A DNA stretch of 63,743 nucleotides, filler included, from Raillietiella orientalis (Eukaryota), in assembly GCA_036172245.1 (NCBI GenBank). It is 3 parts of 3 records of this genome, joined end to end, with 100 filler letters (N's around TTAATTAATTAA, not from the genome) between each part and the next. Parts side by side here need not be neighbours in the genome. Positions count along the whole stretch, not along the records: positions 21,828 to 42,872 come from JAYWIR010000233.1; positions 42,973 to 63,743 come from JAYWIR010000234.1; 1 more part is not named here. One strand, written 5' to 3'. Of this stretch, positions 37,438 through 48,900 are shown piece by piece (positions within the stretch are counted from its first letter, which is position 1; each line of letters starts with the position of its first letter). The translations under genes and the position numbers were made by a program. The notes below the pieces were generated by a model. It saw only the letters and a program-made list of their open reading frames with translations, was not told the DNA's origin and made no database searches.

Positions 37438-40255
37438 GGCTCTCCTCAGCAGTAGAGGGGGATGGCGGAGAACACAAAAATAAAATAAAAGAGAAAAACA
37501 AACCACAAAAAAAAAAAGTTTGGAGGGCCGGGAAGGGATCACAGAGAACTGCTAGGAGGGCCGATCCTTTGCAGGATGCCTTCTAGTTCCTTTTTCATCC
37601 TTCCTAGATGGGTCCATCCGGTAGATCTCTGCAGGAAGCGAGAAGCATACTCGATAACATCCCTCACGATGCAGTCTTCATCTTCGGCATCACTCGAGGC
37701 CGCCACTATACCACGAATGCAGCAAAGTGCTGCCAGGGCTGCAGCTGGACTGAGGGCGTCCCGCACGAAGACAAGACCGAAGATACATTCACCATTGCCA
37801 CCATTCGGTATCCCAAGTGCCGTTTGAAGACGTTCCCAAAAAATCCGGACGGCAGGGCATTCAACTAAGAGGTGGGGGAGCGAATCCCGCTCCCCACACC
37901 TGGCACACGCAGGATTTACTCTTCCCCGCGTCCAGTGGAAGCGGCGCGCGTTGCAGGGTAGACCCCAATGCAGCCACAGAAGCGCCGATTCTTGCCACTT
38001 CAGGGGAAGAATCCTGTATTTAAGTAGAACCGGGGGCCACTCCAGGTCAGACAATCGAATGCCGAGCAGCTCGCCTTATCTTCTTAATCCACGCGGCTGG
38101 ATACTAGGGGTCGTTGCATCTCTCAACTCTCCCATGGCCCAGCCGCTCATCGTTTTTTCTCTGCCTGCGATACGGCAGCAGACTTGCCACCTTGGCTTCC
38201 GGCTTTCGTGAAGCGCCTTTTGGAGGAAGGGCATCGCTGTAACAAGGGGTGTGCCTTCCGCCCACGTGCAACTCGGTGCAAATTCAAGTATTTCACGTAG
38301 AGCTCGACGGGCGTAAAAGCCGATTCGCAGGCAGTTCATCTGGTCTTCGCACCTCTGGTTCAGCTTGGCCCAGGTGCCAGCAGTCTCTTCCAAGCAAGCG
38401 AAGAAGTTGGCAGGGCCACAAACCATCCAGTCGTTCTCCTTTGCCAGGGTTGCCATGCGGCCGAGCAGTAGACCGCATCTTCGAATCTTCCGGCCAGGGC
38501 ACAGAAGAAACGATGCGAGTCCTTCGCAGCGGGACACACGCCTGGCCAGGAGACGGGCCGGAATGTACCAAGCGGTGCTCCACATCTTCGCTGCGATGGC
38601 GAGGGTCCGCCATCGCAGCTGGATTTGCACGCGCTCCAGCGTCAGGATGCTGAGACCGCCGTCCCGACGCGGAGCGCACAATTCCTTCAAAGGGACTTCG
38701 GGTCTCCCCTTGCCCCAAAGAGCTATGCGGAGGAGGTCCTTCGTCCGCTTTTTCGATTCCACGGGGGCGGGGCAAACAAAAAGCAAGGGGAAGAGTATGG
38801 GGGCCGCGAAGGCGTTCCAAACCCCGGCTCGTTCTGGGAAGTGAAGCTTGCCTTCCAGGAACGGGCCAATCGCCGTCTCGACTTTTTGGAGACAGCTGGA
38901 CCGGCTTCCGCAGGGGAGAAGTCCCCCAACGGCACACCGAGGTACTTGATGCACCTCACCGTTGGGATCCCCAGACGGACCCAGTCCTGCTGCCCTGCCC
39001 ACGTCGCTCCAACTGGCAACACTGACGACTTCGCCGTGTTGACCTGTAATCCGGCCCCACGGCTAAGCCGGTCGAAGAAATCTCCGACCGCCTTCGCAGG
39101 GGTGGACATAGGTAAGAGGAGCAGAAGATCGTCGGCATACGCCGCTACGGCTGGCGTGCCGGGGCACGAGCTCGGCAAGGGAGCCAACGTCACCCTTTAC
39201 GATCTCAGCACCAACACAGCGTAGGTGCTAAAAAGCAGGGGGCTGAGGCTGTCGCCCTGCATTATGCCCCGCCGCACCGGCACGCCATACACCTTTTGTC
39301 CACTGAAAGTAATTGAGATTATCGCGTTCCGTTAGCAAGAGCGCAGGTAGGTAATCAAGAAGGGCTGGAAGCCCATGCGACCCAGGAGCTCCAAGAGGAG
39401 TTCCTGGTCAACACAGTCGAATGCCTTATGGAGGTCGACTGCGATCGCTAAGGCCCCTTTTCCCGCATTAGGGTTTCTACCCTGTTTCACTGACGACCTC
39501 AAAGTAGGGTTGCAAATATTCCCTTTCCCTTCTTTATTACTCCGCTGCGCGTGCATCCATGTGCTCGCGAAGAAGAGGTTGTCCTCTATACTTCGCCCGG
39601 GAACAGCGTATGTCTGCTCCGGGCTAATTATGAAATTAAACACCTGCCCCAATCGCGACGCCCACAGCCCGGCAATCAACTTGGCGTCCGTGTTCACAAT
39701 CGTGATCGGACGCCAGTTGCAAAGTTTCCAGAGGTCTCCTCCCTTCGGGAGGAGGCTCACCCTGGCTGACCGAAACGAGGCCAAAACATTGCCTTCGTCT
39801 CGGATTCGCCTTGTCAACTCGAGCACTAGGGGGGCCAGCTCTTCCGGGAAACTCTGAAAGAACTCCGCGGGCAAGCCGTCTTCCCCTGGCGCCTTACGCC
39901 TCTTGAACCTTTTGAGACCGGCGAGAATTTCACCGGTCGTGAAAGGCTCATCGAGGCTTTCTCTCTCCTCCTCCCCTATCGCCACGGAACCACTCATGAG
40001 CAATCGCCGCGAGCCGTCTTGTTTGGGTGGAGTTTTGGCGTAAAGGGAGGAATAAAAACATCGCACCAGATTCCGTACTGCAGACGGGGACGAACGTTCC
40101 CGGCCCAGGTCATCCAGCATGCTGGTTGACCCGGATTGCCAGGCTTGTCGCTCGGCTCCGGCGCGGTATTCGGCCAGGCGACGGACATTGGGGTTCCTCT
40201 CGTGACCACGCGCGTGCATATACGCGCGTTCGTTGCGAGCCTCTACGCCGAATCC
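37315..40255 (-). mobile_element. LINE piece F: ORF2 from the linker (GFGVEAR..) through RT and CCHC to the 3' end
   Basis: KAPGEDGLPAEFF, NWRPITIVNTDAK, VDLHKAFDCVDQ, RRGIMQGDSLSP, AVAAYADDLLL, KYLGVP, CARCGERDSLPHLLVEC; stop at 37539; ends TATAAACGTCCCGGCGTATCCGGGTG; contains stops and frameshifts. Confidence 0.94.
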
Positions 40256-40263
40256 CCGCTGTG

Positions 40264-40276
40264 GAGAGCGGACGTG
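40264..40276 (+). promoter_or_regulatory. Possible internal Pol II promoter element (DPE-like GGACGTG) near the 5' end of G
   Basis: GAGAGCGGACGTG lies about 15 nt inside the 5' boundary; RGWCGTG is the DPE of Drosophila LINE internal promoters. A has a similar ACGTGTTTT at 23151-23143. The motif is short and could be chance. Confidence 0.35.
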
Positions 40277-41572
40277 CTTTTCCTGCGCTCCGCCTGCGTG
40301 GCAAAGCGAGTGTTTTATCTTCTTGAGTGATTTGTGCGTGCACATCGTCGGTGTCCGATCGCAACGTTGCCAGAGGACACCGCGATGGAAGTAGGTGTGG
40401 AAGATGCTTGTTCGCCATTACAGCCTACTGGATCAGGGGCATCCGCCCCGGAATAGTTTCCGGCGACGCCGAGGTCATGGAGCGCCATGATGGCCGCGCC
40501 TAGCGTGGAAGCCATGGTCGAGATGGAAGGCTACAAGAAAGCGGGATATAAACCCTCGCTAGTCTACAAGGTAGGCAACCTTTTCGATGGGCGAACTGCA
40601 CGCGCCTTTACGAAGGCGCTGCAGAACGCCAATATTTTTGAAAAAGATCTCGACGGCCTCTGCGTTCTCAGCCGCGGGCAGCGGGTAAAGGTGGTATGCA
40701 AGGATATCACCTTGGCCCGACACCTGATCACCAACCCGCTGATCGTTGATGGTCGGAACATCTTGCCGATAACGATGGACCGCTGTGTGGTGGTCCATCT
40801 CACTGGGATCTCCAGTCGCATGACGAGGTCAGCGGTTCGAGAGCAGCTACAAAAGCACGGAGAAGTGCACGCGTTGTGGCCGCAGTCCACGATTTTCCAA
40901 GGCTACAATAGCCTTTTCGGAGGTCAAGCTGCTGCGCGTATCACGGTAAAAGAGGGTGGTGCGCTTCCCCATAAGCTGGAGGTCTGCCAAGAAGCGGTGG
41001 ACCTCTTGTACGTGGGAAAACGCCAATTTTGTGGTTACTGCAATGCAGTAGGGCATCTACGAAAAAGGTGCCCGAACATTTTGTGCCACCTATGCGGCGA
41101 AAAGGGTCACGTTCGGCGCGTGTGCCCCAAGCGCCCCACCTCGGTGCCCCCTGCCGCCAAAAAGGCGCAGGGAAAACGTGGAAAGCAGGTAGAAAGACCA
41201 GCTCGCGAAAATGGCCGTTCCCAACTGCCAGCCTCCCTTCCTCCCGTACAGACGTAGGAGGAAATAGCTCCCGTGGACGCGGGAATGGAGAAGGGTTGGC
41301 AGCTGGTTCAGGCCAGAAAAGAGAAAAAAAAGAAAGTGATGATAGAAGAAAATTCGGTAAAGAAAACTGCCGGCAACAAGAAAAAAGCCGCGCCGCTTTC
41401 AAAAAAAAAACTCCGCGAATGCTCGGTGGCACTGGAACGCTTATCCGTTCCTGCCGAGTCCGCCCGCGGCAATGTTCGCGGAACAGCTGATGCGGACGCG
41501 ATGAATACTCGCGTGGACGAGCCCAATCTACGTGTGGAGGGTGAGACGCGAGACTCGCGCGCCGACAGCCAG

Positions 41573-41734
41573 GACGCCGCGCTCGATAAAGTCGCGGAGG
41601 AGCCCGCGGCAACGTTGGCCGTCAACGATGACGCCGCACTCGATAAGGTCGCGGAGCAGCCCGCGGCAACGGTCGCCGCTGGCGAGGACGCGGCCTTAGA
41701 GAAAGCGGCGGAGGAGCTCGCAGCAACGCTCGCC
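41573..41734 (+). repeat. 57-bp in-frame tandem repeat, about 3 copies, within G ORF1
   Basis: Units start at 41573, 41630 and 41687: DAALDKVAEEPAATLAVND / DAALDKVAEQPAATVAAGE / DAALEKAAEELAATLA. Confidence 0.9.
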
Positions 41735-42872
41735 AAGCACGAAACCCCGTCGCGCAAGGGCGTACGCAGGTCGGCTCCGACGAAGAAGGCCCCCGCAGGT
41801 GAGTGCGACCTGGGGGCCGGAAGCGGATACTCCTCCTCGTAGGCACCCCCCAGGAAGTCGGGACGCAAGTCCCAGAAACCCAGGAGGCGCCTCTCCTCCA
41901 CCAGCGAGGAGTAGAAACCGGAAGGAAGCGGCAGCGTGGGAATCCCGGAGGGGGAATACCCACGTCCGGAAGCCGTCGAGTCGGCCACCTCCATGGAGGA
42001 GGAAGAGCAGGGGGGTGAAGTCCTCCCTGCAGTCGCGAAACCTGAGCAGCCCGAACCCATGGAGGGAGGCGAACAGGTAGGCGCGACTCCACGTTCGGGT
42101 GATCCGGCCGACGCGCCGGCACCGATGGAGGAGGAGGAAAAGGTGCCTTCAGTACCTGTCCTCCCTCCCCCTCCAACTAGCGTCCCGCCCCAGCAGTTGG
42201 CGGACGCCGCATCGCCGTTTTCCCTGGACTAACACCTGAGCTCGGCAGTCGCCGGCGGATTCGCGCGGCCTGTTGGAACGTCAACGGGCTGCGCGACGAC
42301 GGCAACAGGCGAGATACAGCCGACGCTCTGCGTGAGCACGACCTGGCGCTGCTGCAGGAGATCCACGTGATCACCGCGGCAGACGCCCAGGAAATCGAGA
42401 CGATCGCGGATGGTCGGCTGTATTGGCGATGCGGCCTCGGCAACACCTGCGGGGTCGCGTTCTTCGTGAAGCCGGCCATCGACGCTGCCGTAAAGGGCGT
42501 GCGGCTTGATGACGACGGTCGGATCGGTCAGCTGATTCTCAGCTGGTCCGACTCGATCGACCTAATCGTCACAAACGTGTATGGCCTCAGCGGCAAACAG
42601 GGTTACCGCGACCGCACCAGGCTGCTGGAATCCCTGAAGCGCGACTGGCTGGCGGATAACAATGTGCGAAAGCCTCACCTGATAGCGGGAGATTTCAATC
42701 TCCGCCTAATAACAGGTGAGCCGGAAACACAAGTGAACGCGATGAAAGACTTGTGCGCCGCTATGCTTGCGCGCAACTTGTTCGCGGGTGAGAAAGGAAT
42801 GGTCCGCAGCATCGACCACGTCTTCCTAGACGCTGTCCTGTGTTCAGGAGTCGGCAAACGGGAAAGGGTTGT

Positions 42873-42972
42873 NNNNNNNNNNNNNNNNNNNNNNNNNNNN
42901 NNNNNNNNNNNNNNNNTTAATTAATTAANNNNNNNNNNNNNNNNNNNNNNNNNNNNNNNNNNNNNNNNNNNN
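42873..42972. other. Artificial contig-concatenation linker (44 N + TTAATTAATTAA + 44 N)
   Basis: Same 100-nt spacer as 21728-21827. Confidence 0.97.
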
Positions 42973-45900
42973 CTCAGGATTCCGACCGAATTCATCGGGA
43001 AGCGGCCATGGTCGTTTACGTGCAAGTGCGGAGATTTGGACGGAAAACACCACATTGGAAATAGATAAGATAGAGGAATTTCTGTGATGCATTTTGAAGA
43101 TTTAATTCCTATGCTGGAAGACGAAGTAGATTGATTCCAACCATTTTGATGTCTCAGCATTGCGACCGATTTCATCGGGAACCGACCATGGTCGTTTTGG
43201 TGCTAGTTTGGAGATTTGGACGAAAAACACCACATTGGAAATAGAGAAGATAGAGCAATTTTAAGAAAACACTTTGAAGATTCTATTTGGATGCAGGAAG
43301 TGGAAGTAGATTGCTTCCAACCGTTTTGATGTCTCAGGATTGCGACCGAATTCATCGGGAAACGGCCATGGTCGTTTTGGTGCAAGTGCGGAGATTTGGA
43401 CGGAAAACACCACATTGGAAATAGAAAAGATAGAGGAATTTTTTTGATCCACTTTGAAGATTCTATTTGGATGTAGGAAGTGGAAGTAGATTGCTTCCAA
43501 CCATTTTGATGTCTCAGGATTGCGACCGAATTAATCGGGAACCGGCCATGGTCGTTTTCGTGCAAGTGCGGAGATTTGGACGGAAAACACCACACTGGAA
43601 ATAGAATAACATAGAGGAATTTCTGTGGTGCATTTTGAAGATTCAATTTCTATGCTGGAAGACGAAGTAGATTGATTCCAACCATTTTGATGTCTCACGT
43701 TAGCGACCGATTTCATCGGGAACCGACTATGGTCGTTTTGGTGCTAGTGTGGAGATTTGGACGGAAAACAACACATTGGAAATAGAGAAGATGGAGGAAT
43801 TTTTACGAAACACTTTGAAGATTCTATTTGGATGCAGGAAGTGGAAGTAGATTGATTCCAACCATTTTGATGTCTCGGGATTGCGACCGAATTCATCGGG
43901 AAGCGGCCAGGTCGTTTACGTGCAAGTGCGGAGATTTGGACGGAAAACACCACATTGGAAATAGAATAACATAGAGGAATTTCTGTGATGCATTTTGAAG
44001 ATTCAATTTCTATGCTGGAAGACGAAGTAGATTGATTCCAACCATTTTGATGTCTCAGGATTGCGACCGAGTTCATCGGGAACCGACCATGGTCGTTTTG
44101 GTGCTAGTGTGGAGATTTGGACGGATAACATCACATTGGAAATAGAAAAGATAGAGGAATTTTTTGCATACACTTTAAAGATTGTATTTGGATGCAGGAA
44201 ATGGAAGTAGATTGCTTCCAACCATTTTGATGTCTAACGATTGCGACCGAATTCATCGGGAACCGGCCATGGTCGTTTTGGTGCAAGTGCGGAGATTTGG
44301 ACGGAAAACACCACATTGGAAATAGAAAAGATAGAGGAATTTCTGTGATGCATTTTGAAGATTCAATTTCTATGCTGGAAGACGAAGTAGATTGATTCCA
44401 ACCATTTTGATGTCTCAGGATTTCGACCGAATTCATCGGGAAGCGGCCATGGTCGTTTTGGTGCTAGTGTGGAGATTTGGACGGAAAACACCACATTGGA
44501 AATAGAAAAGATAAAGGAATTTTTTTGATCCACTTTGAAGATTCTATTTGGATGCAGGAAGTGGAAGTAGATTGCTTCCAACCATTTTGATGTCTCAGGA
44601 TTGCGACCGAATTCATCGGGAACCGGCCATGGTCGTTTTGGTGCAAGTGCGGAGATTTGGACGGAAAACACCACACTGGAAATAGAAAACATAGAGGAAT
44701 TTCTGTGATGCATTTTGAAGATTCAATTTCTATGCTGGAAGACGAAGTAGATTGATTCCAACCATTTTGATGTCTCAGGATTGCGACCGAATTCATCGGG
44801 AAGCGGCCATGGTCGTTTAGGTGCAAGTGCGGAGATTTGGACGGAAAACACCACATTGGAAATAGAAAAGATAGAGGAATTTTTAGGAAGCACTTTGAAG
44901 ATTCTATTTGGATGCAGGAAGTGGAAGTAGATTGCTTCCAACCATTTTGATGTCTCAGGATTGCGACCGAATTAATCGGGAACCGGCCATGGTCGTTTTG
45001 GTGCAAGTGCGGAGATTTGTACGGAAAACACCACATTGGAAATAGAAAAGATAAAGGAATTTATTTGAACCACTTTGAAGATTGTATTTGGATGCAGGAA
45101 ATGGAAGTAGATTGCTTCCAACCATTTTGATGTCAAACGATTGCGACCGAATTCATCGGGAACCGGCCATGGTCGTTTAGGTGCAAGTGCGGAGATTTGG
45201 ACGGAAAACACCACATTGGAAATAGAAAAGATAGAGGAATTTCTGTGATGCATTTTGAAGATTCAATTTCTATGCTGGAAGACGAAGTAGATTGATTCCA
45301 ACCATTTTGATGTCTCAGGATTTCGACCGAATTCATCGGGAAGCGGCCATGGTCGTTTTGGTGCTAGTGTGGAGATTTGGACGGAAAACACCACATTGGA
45401 AATAGAAAAGATAGAGGAATTTTTTTGATCCACTTTGAAGATTCTATTTGGATGCAGGAAGTGGAAGTAGATTGCTTCCAACCATTTTGATGTCTCAGGA
45501 TTGCGACCGAATTCATCGGGAACCGACCATGGTCGTTTTGGTGCTAGTGTGGAGATTTGGACGGAAAACACCACATTGGAAATAGAGAAGATAGAGGAAT
45601 TTTTAGGAAACACTTTGAAGATTCTATTTGGATGCAGGAAGTGGAAGTAGATTGATTCCAACCATTTTGATGTCTCGGGATTGCGACCGAATTCATCGGG
45701 AAACGGCCATGGTCGTTTTGGTGCAAGTGCGGAGATTTGGACGGAAAACACCACATTGGAAATAGAAAAGATAAAGGAATTTTTTTGATGCACTTTGAAG
45801 ATTCTATTACTATGCTGGAAGAGGAAGTAGATTGCTTCCAACCATTTTGATGTCTTAGGATTGCGACCGAATTCATCGGGAAACGGCCATGGTCGTTTTG

Positions 45901-48900
45901 GTGCAAGTGCGGAGATTTGGACGGAAAACACCACATTGGAAATAGAAAAGATAAAGGAATTTTTTTGATGCACTTCAAAGATTCTATTTCTATGCTGGAG
46001 AAGGAAGTAGATTGATTCCAACCATTTTGATGTCTCAGGATTGCGACCGAATTCATCGGGAAGCGGCCATGGTCGTTTAGGAGCAAGTGCGGAGATTTGG
46101 ACGGAAAACACCACATTGGAAATAGAAAACATAGAGGAATTCCTGTGATGCATTTTGAAGATTCTATTTCTATGCTGGAAGTGGAAGTAGATTGCTTCCA
46201 ACCATTTCGATGTCTCAGGATTGCGACCGAATTCATCGGGAAACGGCCATGGTCGTTTTGGTGCAAGTGCGGAGATTTGGACGGAAAACACCACATTGGA
46301 AATAGAAAAGATAGAGGAATTTTTTTGATGCACTTTGAAGATTCTATTTGGATGCAGGAAGTGGAAGTAGATTGCTTCCAACCATTTTGATGTCTCAGGA
46401 TTGCGACCGAATTCATCGGGAAACGGCCATGGTCGTTTTGGTGCAAGTGCGGAGATTTGGACGGAAAACACCACATTGGAAATAGAAAAGATAGAGGAAT
46501 TTTTTGGATCCACTTTGAAGATTCTATTTGGATGCAGGAAGTGGAAGTAGATTGCTTCCAACCATTTTGATGTCTCAGGATTGCGACCGAATTAATCGGG
46601 AACCGGCCATGGTCGTTTTGGTGCAAGTGCGGAGATTTGGACGGAAAACACCACATTGGAAATAGAAAAGATAAAGGAATTTTTTTGATCCACTTTGAAG
46701 ATTCTATTTGGATGCAGGAAGTGGAAGTAGATTGCTTCCAACCATTTTGATGTCTCAGGATTGCGACCGAATTCATCGGGAACCGGCCATGGTCGTTTTG
46801 GTGCAAGTGCGGAGATTTGGACGGAAAACACCACACTGGAAATAGAAAACATAGAGGAATTTCTGTGATGCATTTTGAAGATTCAATTTCTATGCTGGAA
46901 GACGAAGTAGATTGATTCCAACCATTTTGATGTCTCAGGATTGCGACCGAATTCTTCGGGAAGCTGCCATGGTGGTTTAGGTGCAAGTGCGGAGATTTGG
47001 ACGGAAAACACCACATTGGAAATAGAAAAGATAGAGGAATCTTTGGGAAGCACTTTGAAGATTCTATTTGGATGCAGGAAGTGGAAGTAGATTGCTTCCA
47101 ACCATTTTGATGTCTCAGGATTGCGACCGAATTCATCGGGAACCGGCCATGGTCGTTTTGGTGCAAGTGCGGAGATTTGGACGGAAAACACCACATTGGA
47201 AATAGAAAAGATAGAGGAATTTTTTTGATCCACTCTGAAGATTCTATTTCTATGCTGGAAGAGGAAGTAGATTGCTTCCAACCATTTTGATGTCTCAGGA
47301 TTGCGACCGAATTCATCGGGAACCGGCCATGGTCGTTTTGGTGCAAGTGCGGAGATTTGGACGGAAAACACCACATTGGAAATAGAAAAGATAGAGGAAT
47401 TTTTTTGATGCATTTTGAAGATTCTATTTCTATGCTGGAAGTGGAAGTAGATTGCTTCCAACCATTTTGATGTCTCAGGATTCCGACCGAATTCATCGGG
47501 AAGCGGCCATGGTCGTTTTGGTGCAAGTGCGGAGATTTGTACGGAAAACACCACATTGGAAATAGAAAAGATAAAGGAATTTATTTGAACCACTTTGAAG
47601 ATTGTATTTGGATGCAGGAAATGGAAGTAGATTGCTTCCAACCATTTTGATGTCAAACGATTGCGACCGAATTCATCGGGAACCGGCCATGGTCGTTTAG
47701 GTGCAAGTGCGGAGATTTGGACGGAAAACACCACATTGGAAATAGAAAAGATAGAGGAATTTTTTTGATGCATTTTGAAGATTCTATTTCTATGCTGGAA
47801 GAGGAAGTAGATTGATTCCAACCATTTTGATGTCTCAGGATTCCGACCGAATTCATCGGGAAGCGGCCATGGTCGTTTACGTGCAAGTGCGGAGATTTGG
47901 ACGGAAAACATCACATTGGAAATAGAAAAGATAGAGGAATTTTTTGCATACACTTTGAAGATTGTATTTGGATGCAGGAAGTGGGAGTAGATTGCTTCCA
48001 ACCATTTTGATGTCTAAGGATTGCGACCGAATTCATCGGGAACCGGCCATGGACGTTTAGGTGCAAGTGCGGAGATTTGGACGGAAAACACCACATTGGA
48101 AATAGAAAAGATAGAGGAATTTTTTTGATGCATTTTGAAGATTCTATTTCTATGCTGGAAGAGGAAGTAGATTGATTCCAACCATTTTGATGTCTCAGGA
48201 TTCCGACCGAATTCATCGGGAAGCGGCCATGGTCGTTTACGTGCAAGTGCGGAGATTTGGACGGAAAACACCACATTGGAAATAGAAAAGATAGAGGAAT
48301 TTATGTGATGCATTTTGAAGATTTAATTTCTATGCTGGAAGACGAAGTAGATTGATTCCAACCATTTTGATGTCTCAGCATTGCGACCGATTTCATCGGG
48401 AACCGACCATGGTCGTTTTGGTGTTAGTGTGGAGATTTGGACGGAAAACACCACATTGGAAATAGAGAAGATAGAGCAATTTTAATGAAACACTTTGAAG
48501 ATTCTATTTGGATGCAGGAAGTGGAAGTAGATTGCTTCCAACCGTTTTGATGTCTCAGGATTGCGACCGAATTCATCGGGAAACGGCCATGGTCGTTTTG
48601 GTGCAAGTGCGGAGATTTGGACGGAAAACACCACATCGGAAATACAAAAGATAGAGGAATTTTTTTGAACCACTTTGAAGATTCTATTTGGATGTAGGAA
48701 GTGGAAGTAGATTGCTTCCAACCATTTTGATGTCTCAGGATTGCGACCGAATTCATCGGGAAGCGGCCATGGTCGTTTTGGTGCTAGTGCGGAGATTTGG
48801 ACGGAAAACACCACATTGGAAATAGAAAAGATAAAGGTTTTTGATCCACTTTGAAGATTCTATTTGGATGCAGGAAGTGGAAGTAGATTGCTTCCAACCA

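Larger units (their letters stand above)
40256..42872 (+). mobile_element. LINE piece G: 5' UTR, decayed ORF1 and APE, cut by the contig edge; probably the inverted 5' part of F
   Basis: ORF1 frame 40385-42232 has several TAG stops and knuckles CGYCNAVGHLRKRC and CHLCGEKGHVRRVC. APE from 42229 has CWNVNG, LLQEIH, NVYG, AGDFNL and SIDHVF. Copy H links the G-type APE to the F-type RT in one family. Confidence 0.92.

Noticed and set aside
34766..40255. E and F as one element with an inverted 3' half
   Set aside because: F closely matches copy H, whose APE matches G rather than E, and F meets E through an intact 3' terminus, as expected for an insertion.
22078..42479. Many antisense or alternative-frame ORFs in the GC-rich contig
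   Set aside because: They are shadows of LINE and PP2A coding sequence with no independent motifs.
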